Notes under the pieces: model-generated
Seen by the model: the letters and a program-made list of their open reading frames with translations, nothing else
What the model was told of the DNA's origin: nothing
Database searches by the model: none
Assembly (NCBI RefSeq): GCF_902459465.1
Contig: NC_047070.1
Span: forward strand, 620,001-684,000
DNA length: 64,000 bases
Direction: 5' to 3'
DNA from: Asterias rubens
Taxonomy: Eukaryota
In this document: piece by piece, positions 34,111 to 47,800 of the stretch
Layout of the letters: every line of letters starts with the position of its first letter
How positions within the stretch are numbered: position 1 is the first letter of the stretch
Position numbers and translations under genes: made by a program

Positions 34111-34644
34111 GAAAGGCTGTGGACTTTGCTTTTAGTGTGTGGCACACGGTGTATTTGAAGAAAGGCTGTGGACTTTGCTTTTAGTGTGTGGCACACGGTG
34201 TATTTGAAGAAAGGCTGTGGACTTTGCTTTTAGTGTGTGGCACACGGTGTATTTGAAGAAAGGCTGTGGACTTTGCTTTTAGTGTGTGGCACACGGTGTA
34301 TTTGAAGAAAGGCTGTGGACTTTGCTTTTAGTGTGTGGCACACGGTGTATTTGAAGAAAGGCTGTGGACTTTGCTTTTAGTGTGTGGCACACGGTGTATT
34401 TGAAGAAAGGCTGTGGACTTTGCTTTTAGTGTGTGGCACACGGTGTATTTGAAGAAAGGCTGTGGACTTTGCTTTTAGTGTGTGGCACACGGTGTATTTG
34501 AAGAAAGGCTGTGGACTTTGCTTTTAGTGTGTGGCACACGGTGTATTTGAAGAAAGGCTGTGGACTTTGCTTTTAGTGTGTGGCACACGGTGTATTTGAA
34601 GAAAGGCTGTGGACTTTGCTTTTAGTGTGTGGCACACGGTGTAT
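34111..34644. repeat. 49-bp minisatellite, about 11 identical copies
   Basis: GAAAGGCTGTGGACTTTGCTTTTAGTGTGTGGCACACGGTGTATTTGAA with period 49. Confidence 0.95.
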
Positions 34645-37600
34645 GTTGTGGTGGGTTATCTCACTGTCAGTTTAAAAGTGAAATTCATCAAATTAATGTA
34701 GAACAAACACAAAAACATACATGTAGGTGAGACTTGCTGCGAATTCTGCACACTGCTTAATACCAACCAAAATGACCTGTGGTGATAAAACTGATCTAAA
34801 TGAACATGTAGGTCTTCGCTGAAATGTCTAAGATCTTGTCTGAATCAGCCGCTGTTGCTAAGGATGTTGATATGAGTAGCCTGTACTTCAATACTTGTTG
34901 CTATGGTGATCTAGCTGTAGCCATAACAAGTTATAGTCTTGACTAAATCTAACTAAGGACCATTCCAATTGTTGTTTTTCTGTGTTTGAAAAGTACCAAT
35001 TTGTTTTATTGTTCTTTTCCTTAGATCAACCTTGGTGTACAGAATAAGATTTGTTATATGTGTCCTTCAGTCTCTTTTTCTTGTATTCAAAGAAGTTGGA
35101 ATGATAGGCTCCATTTGTAGTGGTTATCTTTTATTTGCTGATGTTGCAAAGTATCAATTCAGTTTTGATAAAGAAATAGTCAAACTAGTCGAGATTATTC
35201 CGAGGTCATGTGGTAATATTACAACCAAGTGAGCTTTCAGACTTTGAAGACTTTTGAGACCGGTCGGTATCTATTGTGCTTGTCACTGAGGATGTTTACC
35301 GTTTATGGCAAAGCTGATCAACAGTGTAATATCAGGCAAAAATCTTAAAGCTGCGAGTAAGGATGATTAGCCCCCCAAATTATTATTATTATTATTATTA
35401 TATTTGCGACAGTGTTAAATTATAGCCAGATTGTTGAAATAAATTAATATATTATTGAATATAATGCGTAATTACTTTCCAAAGTAGCTTGTAGGTAAGT
35501 TAGTCCACAGTTGCTAATGTACTGTTCCCATTTTAGAAACTTCAAACTTAAAAAAAATAAGCTTAAGTTTATTGATTTTCCAAACCAAACTTGTGCTGAT
35601 GTTTTTTAGGCCTTGTAAATATTAACCAATGAGTCTGTAGTCTTTTGATTTAGTGTCAACTCGAGTCGATTTAGAAATTATCAATGTTGTACAGTTCAAT
35701 TTGTACATATTAAATGAAATGAATTAACTTATGTAATGTTTGGTAAATATGAACACCATATGTTTGTATGTTTACTATGGAGTAGTTGGTAAAATAAATG
35801 TACTCCCTATTTGTATATAAATACAAACATGAAGATGTGAACTGTGTCATTAATTGATTGTATTATATAAAATAAAAAAATATGGTCGAATCAATTAGAG
35901 CTGGTAAAGTCACTTTTGGTATTAGGTTACTCATAACAAATGTAGCAAACAAACTCACTTGGTAACAAGCAAGGAAGAGCTGTTGGTAGTACATGTATGT
36001 ATAACAGGTCAGAAACGACATCCTCTGAAGTAACATAGTTTTTGAGAAAGGGGTAATTTGCAAAAGACTTCAATGAAAGCACACAAATCTGTGCTCACAA
36101 GGGTGATTTTCTTTCATTATTTTCTTGCAACTTCGATGACCGACTGAGCCCAAATTTTCACAGATTTGTTATTGTATGCTTATGTTGGGATACACAAAAG
36201 AAGAAAACTGGTCTGTGTCCAGTGCAAACAGTTAAACTAAATACAACACAACTTTGCTTTCCAGAACAAGGTTATCAGCCAAAATACCATGTCGTACATT
36301 ATGTACCGTTTGTACTGACTGATGTCCAGCTAATGTTTACCAAGAAGAAATATTTTAGGCAATATGGACCCTGCTGCCCCACCCCCCCCCCCCCACACAC
36401 AAAAAACACCCCACAAACAATGAATGCAAGATGTGATACAACCTGAATCTTTAGAATAGAATCCCACACAACAGCTAATGTGTTTTTTTACAAAGTGGTA
36501 AGACTGCAGGACTTTCAATCATAATGTTGATGGTTAGAATCTCACCAAGCTTACCACTGATTTCACAATGTCTAGCTATACTGAAACAATATCTTGATTT
36601 GTACATTCCGTAATCATAGACCTTAAACCAATGTTTATATGAGAGAGATTGGCTGTTGCCAGCTTGGTGTTATATCCCTTTGTGGGAGTTTGTTAAGTTC
36701 CCTTGATGGGAAGATCATCTAAACAAACAAACAAACAAACAAACTAAAATCTTCAATGCAAAATAAACAATGTGATTCCAGTAGTATTTATTGATATGTT
36801 ACAATTAAAGACGCACTTTACATACATGTGTACACGAGTAGACTTTAATATACAAACTGACCTACTGGTGAACTGCCACTATTGGAGATGAGGATATTAT
36901 AAAAGCCTAAAATTGGCTACTACTCATTGTACTCCGAATAGTGATGTATGATAAATTCAATACAAGATTCAGATTTCAGAACCTTTGGTTGCAGTATTTT
37001 CTTCTCCGAGTTCTTTCCCCCTTCCACTCTCCCAATCAAAATGGGAAAGAATATGAATACAATAAAATAAAAACCGAATTGTTTGATATATATTCATACT
37101 TCTTGACAATCCAATGTTCTTCCTAAAACGGACTCAACCACCTTCCTTGTTCAAATTCAGTGCATGAAGTTTTTCACCGTTTGTAATAAGTGTTCAGAAT
37201 ACTGATGCCAGATTGTAAAGGCCACACAGGGACTTAAGAATTAAGAGCATGTTCCAGATGGGCAAAGATAAGAATAGATGGGTCGGTTTAAGCAACATTA
37301 TTCTGTGCCTAGCGTGGTTTTATTTGCTTACAGGCTCTATGAAATTGGGCCCTGTTCAGTTGCATTTAGTGTAGGCAGAGACAGAGAGGTCCATGTAGAG
37401 GACATAAATGAACAGTCTCATAAAATCCAATCAATTACCCCTTATTGAAACAGGTAAAACCTGTGTACAACCAATAAAGCAAAGACAAAAGTTGGAAGTA
37501 GATCAGTCTAGCTTCTACCTTTGGGGTGAAATAGTGCTGCGATTGTAATACAGTACACTGGGAGCATTATGATTAAGTTATTGTTATAAGCTGAAAATTA

Positions 37601-38659
37601 AGTTTCTCTAAAAATAACATTTTTGATCAAGTGTATTTACAACAATAAAAAGACATCCCATTAACGTTGTGGAGGTATAATGGTAAGACACAGTATACAG
37701 TTATCACACACTCAAAATAATAGAATATATAATTTGTATAAGTTACAAAAAATGCCTCTATAACAAAAAGCATATGAAGTACACAGACCTGAGAGAACTT
37801 CCAAAAAGTATCATAACGTGCTTTGTAATTGTATATCCGCTGTCAACTTAAGTTATTTCTCCCTACCCAACCATGAAAGAAAATTGTGGACTATGTGCCC
37901 AATTTCAGTTTCCAATAAGTTGGATTACCAATAACATCAATATTGACACACTTTCATAGCGCAGCTTCATGGTAAGCACATTTTTGACAAAATAACTGCT
38001 TAAATTCCTTCGACCATTGAAACAGATAGGTACTCTACTGTCATATGAATAAAGGCAAGCCATTGCATGGTTACGTAAGAGTAGATGGCCAACACCCATA
38101 CACAATTTTAAATGAATGGTACTAAGGTTTGCTCATTTTAAGGCTGCTTTACAAAAGCTTGCCCCTAAACTATTTGACAAAGCAACTGTCTCTACAGTCG
38201 TAGGAATTCGAGGAGTAACTTGTGACTATAAAGCAAGTCACTGTACTAGACTTTATTCAAATCTAACTTGATAACGGCTTACCGCTGAGATAAAAACAAT
38301 GAACTCCCAGAAAATAAAGGATACAAATATAGAGAACCTTCAAGGATTAAAGTAAAATGTAAATAATATAAACTAGTTTACTTTGCAATAGTATAACAAC
38401 ATAAAAAGCAAACCTGAAGATAAATCTTGTCTAAACCGTATAAGTTGTATAACAATATTTGTATATTATTTTGACTTGTGCGTGTATGTGAACCTTCCCT
38501 GCGAACAGTTTAAAACACAAACCTTTCAAGAACTTATAACTATAAGTACATAAATTATTTTACCTTTGTATATACCAATCTACTTTAAGATAAGACTTGA
38601 GGATGCATGGTGGAAAATACAAATCTTGATCTTGATGGAATAATTGAACAGCTCCTTTC

Positions 38660-38991
38660 TATAATAGATGTTAAAGTTGCATCGGGGATAGATAATATTA
38701 ATTTTGGTTTTTACCCATAGACACCGATGTGTGTTAGCACTGTATACTCGGTACTTTCCCAAGTCCTGTGAAAAAATATCACAGGTATATTACTCGGGTG
38801 GGATTCGAACCCAAGACCCTGGCAATTCTTGAGCGGTTTCTTACCAACTGGACTACCGAGATTGCCCGGTAGGACTAGCTACATTGTAGAGGCAGTTTGA
38901 ATCCTATGTTTTGGCAGCGGGTACCGCAACGGTATAATATATGTTAAATTTGCATCGGGGATAAAGAATATTAATTTTGGTTTTTACCCAT
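38660..38991 (-). repeat. tRNA-containing dispersed repeat with 59-bp terminal direct repeats (family 1, copy B)
   Basis: Direct repeats at 38660-38718 and 38933-38991; internal GGATTCGAACC (B box, minus strand); homologous to 5160-5435. Confidence 0.85.
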
Positions 38992-40097
38992 TTCTAGGAA
39001 CAACAGTCAATGAAGTATACGTAAGGTTTGCGGTGACACCATGTAAAATCTCTTTGCGAGTCTCTGGAAGAGTTATGTACGAGGGCTTTCCAGCATTACT
39101 GGGATGCCCTCAGCTATGGACATACAAGGCGCAGACTTTTTAATCGCATCATGCCAGTGTTATGTAAACTTGCGTTAATATCATCGGTCAGTGATACCAA
39201 TGTTGCTTGGCATATTTGCATCCCAGTAATGACAGGAAACATTGATACAGGACATGGTCCAACGGACTGGTCTTTACTGAAAAGTATTGGCTAAAGCATC
39301 CAAGGTCATGAAGGTTAACAGGTATGTAGACATCTCTGACATTTAAAACACAGTCTTCCATAACATAAAAATATGTTAATAAATATGTAGTAATGTTGAA
39401 GTAATACTCTAGCATATTACATCAGAATAAATTATGGCTGCTAGGTTTGGCGTAAATATTAAAAACAATTACTCCTATTCTTTTAAGTATAACTAATACC
39501 GGTACTTGAGTTACAAAACAAATTGAAAGAAACATGAAGAATCTATGAGTGAACTAATGCCGGATTCTTTGTGTAATAAATAATAATAATAACGGGTTCT
39601 AATATATAGCGCACATATCCTAGTACCTAGAGTAAGATGCTTTAAAACATTACCATCCCTGGTCATCAGGCATATTTGTGTTCATAGGTTTTAAAACATT
39701 ACTTTATTTATTTTTTTAGGGGGGGGGGTGGAGGAAGAGAATTACTGACATGATTGTGCGTTTTCACAAACACTATTTAAGTTACATATCTCCAAGTACA
39801 TGTATATATAAACGTGTTCAATATTACATTATCATAAGGAATATTGTTTCAATAGCTAATTTTTTAAGTGGTGGCAAGTTGATACACAAGACGAACAAAT
39901 TGTGAACCAGTTCTGGTGTGGCAGGAAAACGTTTTTAAGATGTATGGGCAGTTGGACCTACGATCTTCTGCAAACTGGTAAAACATTAAACAAGCAGTGT
40001 TTGCCATTAAATGATTTATTTACTAGCCAGCAGGACTGGTTAATTTGTCTTGTCACTAGTCCGCCTCATTTTTCATCGATCCACATTTGTATATTAA

Positions 40098-40474
40098 AGG
40101 CAGTGGACACTATTGGTAATTATCAAAATAATTATTAGCCTAAAGCCTTTCATGGTGACGAGTAATGGGTAGAGGTTGATGGTATAAAACATTGTGAGAA
40201 ACAGCTCCCTCTGAAGTGCCATAGTTTTCGAGAAAGCAGTAATTTTCCACAAATTTGATTTCGAGACCTCAGATTTAGAACTTGAGGTCTCGAAATCAAC
40301 CATCTAAACGAACAAAACTTTGTGTGACAAGGGTGTTTTTTCTTTCATTATTATCTCGCAAGTTCGATGACAGATTGAGCTCAAATTTTTACAGGTAAGT
40401 TATTTTATGCATATGTTGAGATACACCAACTGTGAAGGCTAGTCTTTGACAATTACCAATAGTGTTTACTGCCT
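40098..40474. mobile_element. Kolobok-like MITE (AGGCAGTGGACAC family), TTAA TSD
   Basis: TTAA|AGGCAGTGGACACTATTGGTAATT ... AATTACCAATAGTGTTTACTGCCT|TTAA; degenerate copies at about 11820-12140, 36050-36215 and 54330-54530. Confidence 0.85.
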
Positions 40475-41897
40475 TTAAATAATGATCATGCTTTTCAGCA
40501 GTGAATTAGCCAGCTGGACCACTTGGAGAAAATTCAATTTGACAGTTCCTAAGGTGTTTAGGAAGCATTTGGCCAGAAGGGAGAACGATGGGCAGTACCA
40601 TATTAAATGCACATGCAAAAATGTCAACATGTTTCCCCCATGTGTTGGGACTGCTGCCATTCTGAGATTGAACTGATCGATGAAACTAGCACACAACTTT
40701 TGCACTTACCCTCTGTAAGCAGAATGTGACCATAAAAAAAATTGCCAGAGTTAGCAACGCTCGCTCATGGTCTAGAACTCGTTTTAGCTTTGGGTTGGGC
40801 TCTGTTGGCCTGTTTGATGCCCTGTGATGAAATGGACACTTTCTAAATAACTACTGGAGCCTAAACCCAACTTCAAGCACAAGCTCAAACCCAAGCTGTG
40901 GTTTCGATAACGGCCCACAATTCACATCCGAGCCACCTCAACACTCACTCCCTGCTCAAATCAGATCATGCTGAATACATATTTATTTAAAACTACACGA
41001 AGTGAATGGCAAAACTACCATCATTTGATGAGGTACGTGGATATGCTAGGCAGTAATACAAACTTTGCACTTTGTGAGATTTCGAATACAGACTCTGAAA
41101 GTTCATACTTAAATGTTGTATTGTTTTAAATGTGGTGACTTCACTCCAAAATACCATCCTTAATAAAGATATTGCACTGTAATCTAAAACAAGATTTAGT
41201 TTTGGTCTCAGACTAGGGATTCCAAACACTCCCAATCAACATGCAGATGTGAAATGTTAATAATTCACAAAGATTTGTTTTAAAAAAAGTCCCTTTCTAG
41301 TGTGAAAAGTATTTATCTGCTTGGCGGATAAAAAGATTAAGAATTGATTTTGTTTAAGACACAATTTCTCTAAGATGCTAAAATACGTTAGTATTTGTCT
41401 CTGTAGAATGAAGTAAAGGGATTCACAAAAATCGAAGACAGCTATTTTTCAAAAGGCATCACTGCCATAAAAATAAATTAATTTGTTATAAATATAAAAC
41501 TCTACACAGAATATTACATAATTCACTGAGTGGAGACTTAAGAACTAGCCTGTCTCTAATGAACTAAACTTGATCAGTTAGTATACCTTATAATCAGCTG
41601 ACTGTAGTAACCGGTTTCATCTAGTTTGCTACAAAAGCTGTGTAAATATTCCAAATACCCGGTAGTGCCCAACCGGACTGGACTAGTTCAGTCCGGTAGG
41701 ATCTTGTGACCGCTTTAGTATACCTTATAACAGCTGACTGTAACCGGTTTCATCTAGTTTGCCCAACCGGACTGAACTGGTCCAGTCCAGTTGGATCTTC
41801 TGACCGCTTGTGTGCTGAAAAAATACACACAACAACACTGGCTTAAACTGGTTTGATCCAGTTTAGAAAGATAAGTACTCCTAGCTAAGTGAAGTTT

Positions 41898-44800
41898 TTA
41901 CAATTGGATAAACCTGCTTTGGCATTTCTGAGATCGCAACTGCATCTCGAGCATCATCTTGGCTTTACGTTGGCTCGCCCTCATGTTGTTCCCTCTTGAG
42001 AAGTTGAAATTTCTGAATGGGTTTCTGAACTTGCGGTTGATCTGTTCCTCGTCCTTGGCTAGGGTTGTGCTGTCACCTTCCTCTTTTTTTTCTTCCTCGA
42101 CCGCCTTGCCAGCGATTAGATCGGCAAGAGAGTTCTCACTGTGAGATTTCTGAGGGGATTTGAGGATTAGAGACCTGGGTCCTGTCTTAAGCTCCTTTTT
42201 GCCCACTGGGATGGTCTCAGGGATTGGGTTTACCGTAACCATAACATCATCATCGTTAGTGAGATCTGAGATATGGAACTCAGGTTTGTTAGGATCAGAT
42301 CTTGTCTCTGGATTGGTATCCTCAGACTTTTTTGTTTCATTGTCATTAAGATCTTCAGCTGGATTTTGAAAGTTGACTGGTACACCATTGGGCTCAGTAT
42401 CTGTTGGATTTGTATCAAGACCCTCTGGCAGTGTCTGATTATCCAGTTTGAGATGGTCACCAGAATCATCATGGGTCTCAAGTTCAAGTTCTTCAACACC
42501 ACTCAAAGAGTCAGTGTCAAGCTCGGGATCTTTCGGTTGTGATAAAGTATCTCCATGATTTGCGACCGTGTCATTTAATATACATTGATTATTGAGCTGT
42601 TCATCATTAAGTAGTGGCAAGATATCATCTCCGTCCGTCACTTTCTTCTTCTCCTTAGACTGCACACCAGGAGCAGCGATGCGATCATCATAAGCTCCAT
42701 GACTCTTGGAGTGTTTACGGCGAGGTGTAATGTGCCGTCTAGAGAAGCTACGTTGATTCCTTTTGGGATCCGTGGCCAGCTCCCCGCATGTGGGCAGTAC
42801 AATATCTCCATCATTAAGCATGATAGGGTCGTCAGGACTCTCTTGTGGGTAGTTGGGTAAATTGCCACTCAATATCTCTAAGCAGTCGCCGATGCTGAGA
42901 GCATCATAGGAGGTATCAGTCGAAGATGAGAAAGAGCTGTCATCAAACATATCGTCAGTGTCTTCATTCTCGACATCCTTATCGAAGCTGATCCGTACGC
43001 TACTCGTCTCCTCCTCCTCGTCACTATTGCCCATGCTCTTCTGGTAGACCAGGGTACTAGGGACGTTGCTGGCATTATTCTTCTTGTTCCGTGCCTTCTG
43101 AATGAGATTAAGATTAGTCATCTTGTTGCCAACGTTCTGCAGGTAGCGGCTAACGACTTGGGTGCGTGCGGGACGTCGTGTCTGATTGTTACGGGGCTCA
43201 CTGTGCTTCTTGATGACCATCTCCGGGACAAATTTGTCCTGAAGCCACATTGTGAGACGCTTCTGAGATGTAAGTTTAATCAACTCCTGTGGGGCCTTCC
43301 GGGTTTTCCTTTAATAAAGAAGATAATAAAGATCATTAGTTTATCTTATTCCTGACAGAAGTTGGCTGCACTCCTAACAAACCTCACACTACTAAGGTAC
43401 TTCTTTTAAAAAGCATTTGGACTCCATTTGAGTGTCGATCTTCCTTAATATGTTAAAGTAATGGACATGAAACCCCAAGGTTTACAGCAAATTGGTTTGT
43501 AATAACTCACCTGTCCATTTTATCTTCAAGTACTTTCAGACCGAGACTGTTTGAGGATCTGGCACTTGCAAATGCCTCAATGACATTGTGTAAAATACCT
43601 GCAAAAGTAACCAAAATAGAACACAGGAGTAATTTTCAAGTATGCGACTGGCTCATTTCCTGTTCATTCTGTCATGAAGTATTTAAATAGCAACAATAGC
43701 TTCTTAACAAAAAGTGCAACAATTCTGTTAGAAAAACTTTCTGCCACCCTAAACCTTAAAAAACTCAAAAAATTAAATCAATATGTGACTTCAAATTAGA
43801 ATACCATTATTTGTTTTTAAAATGAGAGAGAGAAAACTGATATACATACACACACACTCATCATTTTAACAAACATACAGGTCTTCTCTATTCTCCCGTT
43901 TCTAGGTAATGAATACAGTGTTAACATAATCAAGTTATGTATAAGTGCTTGTAAATGATGTGTCATTTCTTAAAACAAAAATACAACTTAGGTTGGGCAA
44001 GAAAGCATCAGGAAAGATCTCCCAAGTGATAAACAACAACAAGAAGTAGAGAAAAACAATGACTTTTGATAACTTACTATCAGACTCATTTTTATCTCGT
44101 CCAGGCAGTACTTTGAGGGTATGGAAATAATCATTCTCCCCACAGAATGTATGATAAACACGGATACATTTCTCTTTGGTGTTACTGAAGAATGCTGCAG
44201 CCGAACCTGTTGGGATTCCAACCAAGAACAAAATATTAGACACTTTCATTTTCCTACTGGGTCCAATTCCATAACACTCGGCCCCCTTAATGCATTGACC
44301 CGATCAAAACCCTGGACTGTGCACTCGGCCCCCTTAATGCATTGACCCGATCAAAACCCTGGACTGGCCCCCTTAATGCATTGACCCGATCAAAACCCTG
44401 GACTGTGCACTCGGCCCCCTTAATGCATTGACCCGATCAAAACCCTGGACTGGCCCCCTTAATGCATTGACCCGATCAAAACCCTTGACTGGCCCTCTTA
44501 ATGCATTGACCCGATCAAAACCCTGGACTGGCCCCCTTAATGCATTGACCCGATCAAAACCCTGGACTGTGCACTCGGCCCCCTTAATGCATTGACCCGA
44601 TCAAAACCCTGGACTGGCCCCCTTAATGCATTGACCCGATCAAAACCCTGGACTGGCCCTCTTAATGCATTGACCCGATCAAAACCCTGGACTGGCCCTC
44701 TTAATGCATTGACCCGATCAAAACCCTGGACTGGCCCTCTTAATGCATTGACCCGATCAAAACCCTGGACTGTGCCAAAAATATTGATGTATAATAATAG

Positions 44801-47800
44801 GCCTATGAATAATAATCATAATACACAGTTTGTAAAGCGCCATTTATCTAAGAACAAAAGCATACATTACAAGATACTAAGATTAATTTAGGGAACATTA
44901 GAGAACATTAAAATGTGGGATTTGAACACTAACAAAATCAAGAGAGTATATAGAGTCAGTATAAGAAATGCAAAACAACTGTGTTTTAAGCATGCTTTTG
45001 AAAATGTCAAAAAATCAAAGTCTTATTACAAAAATGCATGTATGTACATAAGTCACGCACACAACTCTCAGCCAATTAAGGTCTTGATTTACCTCAGTTA
45101 GGGCGCTATTTGGGTTTGTGAAATCATATGCAAATGCAAATTGTACAACAAATAAATAAATGCACATACCGTAATTTTCGGATTATAAACCGCGGTTTAT
45201 ATGTTGATTTTGACATTTTTTTGAACCCCTGCGGTTTATTCTCCGGGCGGCTTGTAGGCCGACGTATAAATATTTAAGAGAAAAACCGCCCTCATTGTTG
45301 AGTCCATTAACCTTGAACATGAAGCGGCACTTGTGTAAACTCTCTGAAGGGCAGAGTTTCTTATTTATTACTGGTCTCACAATATTGGGCGTGATTTTAA
45401 ATAAAGGGTTCTTTTAATGCTAAATCTTGTTGGGTTTTAAATAAAGGGTTTTTATTAATTGTAATGAATTGGGGATTTAAATGGATGCCAGAATAATCGG
45501 GCATGCTATACCGCTTATACTATTACTATTAATATTTTTAGGTTCTCTCTTTTTGTTTTTTAATAAATGGCTTCGAACGGATTTGGTTTATTAATCAAAG
45601 GTATTTTTTTGTAACTTTACAATTTATCGGGATTCAACAGGGGTTGTATTTATTAAATAAGGGGATTTTTCTTTGTTCAGGGGCCAGGTAATCCACTTTG
45701 TTTTTAAATATTTTATTATTTCACTTTGCACGGTTATCTCTTTTTGGAAGTAGTGGTAGCTCTGAAAAGAACTGTTGGTTTTGTTGGATGTCTTGATCTA
45801 TCTGGTTTCTTACAAATTGAAACCCTCGAAGTCGCTGTCTTCGCTGTCGCTGCAAAACAGAGCGGCTAGCTCCTCACGCAAAATAGATTGCAAAAAGATT
45901 GCTATCCTATAATAGATCTTTTCAATTACGATCAATAGTGTAAACTTAAATACATTTCAACTTTAATTACGACGCAACTCGCGCATTGTGGCAACTATAC
46001 AAGACTGACTGATGTGCCACCCGTCCGTCACTGCACATCGCCACAAAGAGGACCGCAAACAAGCACGGCCCCTTTGTGCGTATGCTGTGATTGGCCGTTT
46101 GATGATTGGCCGGTGGTAGTTCCATTCATAAAATCTTGGCTAGACTTCGGACGGATCGGCTCCTATTGTACAACACATAGCCTGAACGTCTGACCCACAC
46201 TTCGCGGATTGTGGCCAAGTCTAATCAAACGTGAACAACTTTTGTCAACAGAGGGCGATGCGATGCAGGGCAAAGTTCAACTATTTCTAGGTGTGCGTTG
46301 TCGACCGATCTTTGATTCACGGAGATTTGTTGCCAAAGAAGTTCACAAAACATGGTCAACACAACCGATCATCAAAATATAAATTCAAATTCTGGAAAAG
46401 GGTTGTTGATGGAAACAAAGGATAATTCAGGACTGATAGTGTGAAATAAAAAAATCACCCGTAACGCGGGCAGGTTTGCGTACTTCACTTCCGTGTTTTG
46501 AGGTTAGTTTGTTTTCATGTTTTGTTTTTTTTTGGTCGCGGTTTATACTCCGCGCGGCATATACGCCGACATTAAATATTTTTTTGTATATTTTGAGGAA
46601 GTGCGGTTTATAATCCGAAAATTACGGTAATAATAATTAAGCAAAAAACAAATCAAATAAACACAAGAAAATACAAAATGAACAGAAACACCAAAAAGGG
46701 GCCAAAACAACAATAAATACGAGTATCAGTGGACGAATAAAGTGTACAACCACAAAACAGCAACGGCTATGTGGGTCAGGGCCTGCAAAAGTAAAATAAA
46801 CTGAAACGCTAACACACCAACCTAGTCTGAACTTACATCGGCGCTACAGTAGTTTATTTTGAGATAAAATAAAATTAAATCAAGGAGGGAGGGGGGGGGG
46901 GTTGACTTACCGATTCCAATGGCCTGCATATCCTCTATATTTACTCTCTCATACTGAGTTATCTTTTCAGCCTCGTCATCATAACTGGATAATAATGAAA
47001 TAAATTATAGAGTTCAGGTATGAATACTGATCAAGTCATTTTGTTTTTCGTTAAGTTTAAGCAACGAGTTAGATTATATTGAAATAATGACACATTGATT
47101 TTTCACAACTGAGATTGTTGTATTTTTAAATTGGACACATTCTTAAATGCAAAGAGTGGAAGGAAAGGATAAAGAAAAAAGACCGGTGCGGTGACAATTT
47201 CCATAGAGCTGCTTCAGCACAAAAAGCTGCTGAGTACACAAACAAATTAAGCTTACCACAATAAGGTTACCAGCAAAACTACCATGTCACATGTGCACTT
47301 TGTGACTGGTATCATGCTCATTTCTGTTTAGAACACAATTGTTAAGCAATATTCTTCTAGGAAATTAGGAAAGCACCTATAGGAAATCAGGCCCTGGTCA
47401 CCAGGCCGGTGGCCAAACCACAGTATGGCAAGACGTTTTAAAGCTTTTTCTTTACCTTGCAATGTAATAAGCCTTTTCTGTTATAAGTAAGATGACATCT
47501 CGATCATCGTCATCCAAATCATCTGAATCCCTGGATAGAAATAGAAATCAGAGTAATAATAAAGAGAAAAAAGTTCAGTGTTGCAAACTGCTTGCCAATC
47601 AAAACAGAATTATTATTATATTTTCAGTGTTGCAAACTGCTTGCCAATCAAAACAGAATTATTATTTTGCAAACTGCTTGCCAATCAAAACAGAATTATT
47701 ATTCTATTTTTTCTCCACAAGTTGAATACAATTACACCCATATGAGATTTGAAAAGATAAGTAGAAGGAAAGACTAAGGAGGACAATGTAAGTTGTCCTA

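Noticed and set aside
33700-34644. CRISPR-like arrays (also 914-1791, 44273-44774, 52738-53090)
   Set aside because: Units are contiguous and near-identical with no unique spacers, there are no cas genes and the context is eukaryotic; these are minisatellites.
44592-44891. Repetitive [16 protein letters not shown] (and the ORFs at 742-1789)
   Set aside because: Artefacts of minisatellite periodicity on strands or frames with no splice support.
45183-45380. Transposase or endonuclease ORF inside the pogo-like element
   Set aside because: Short, with no DDE or GIY-YIG motif recognisable.
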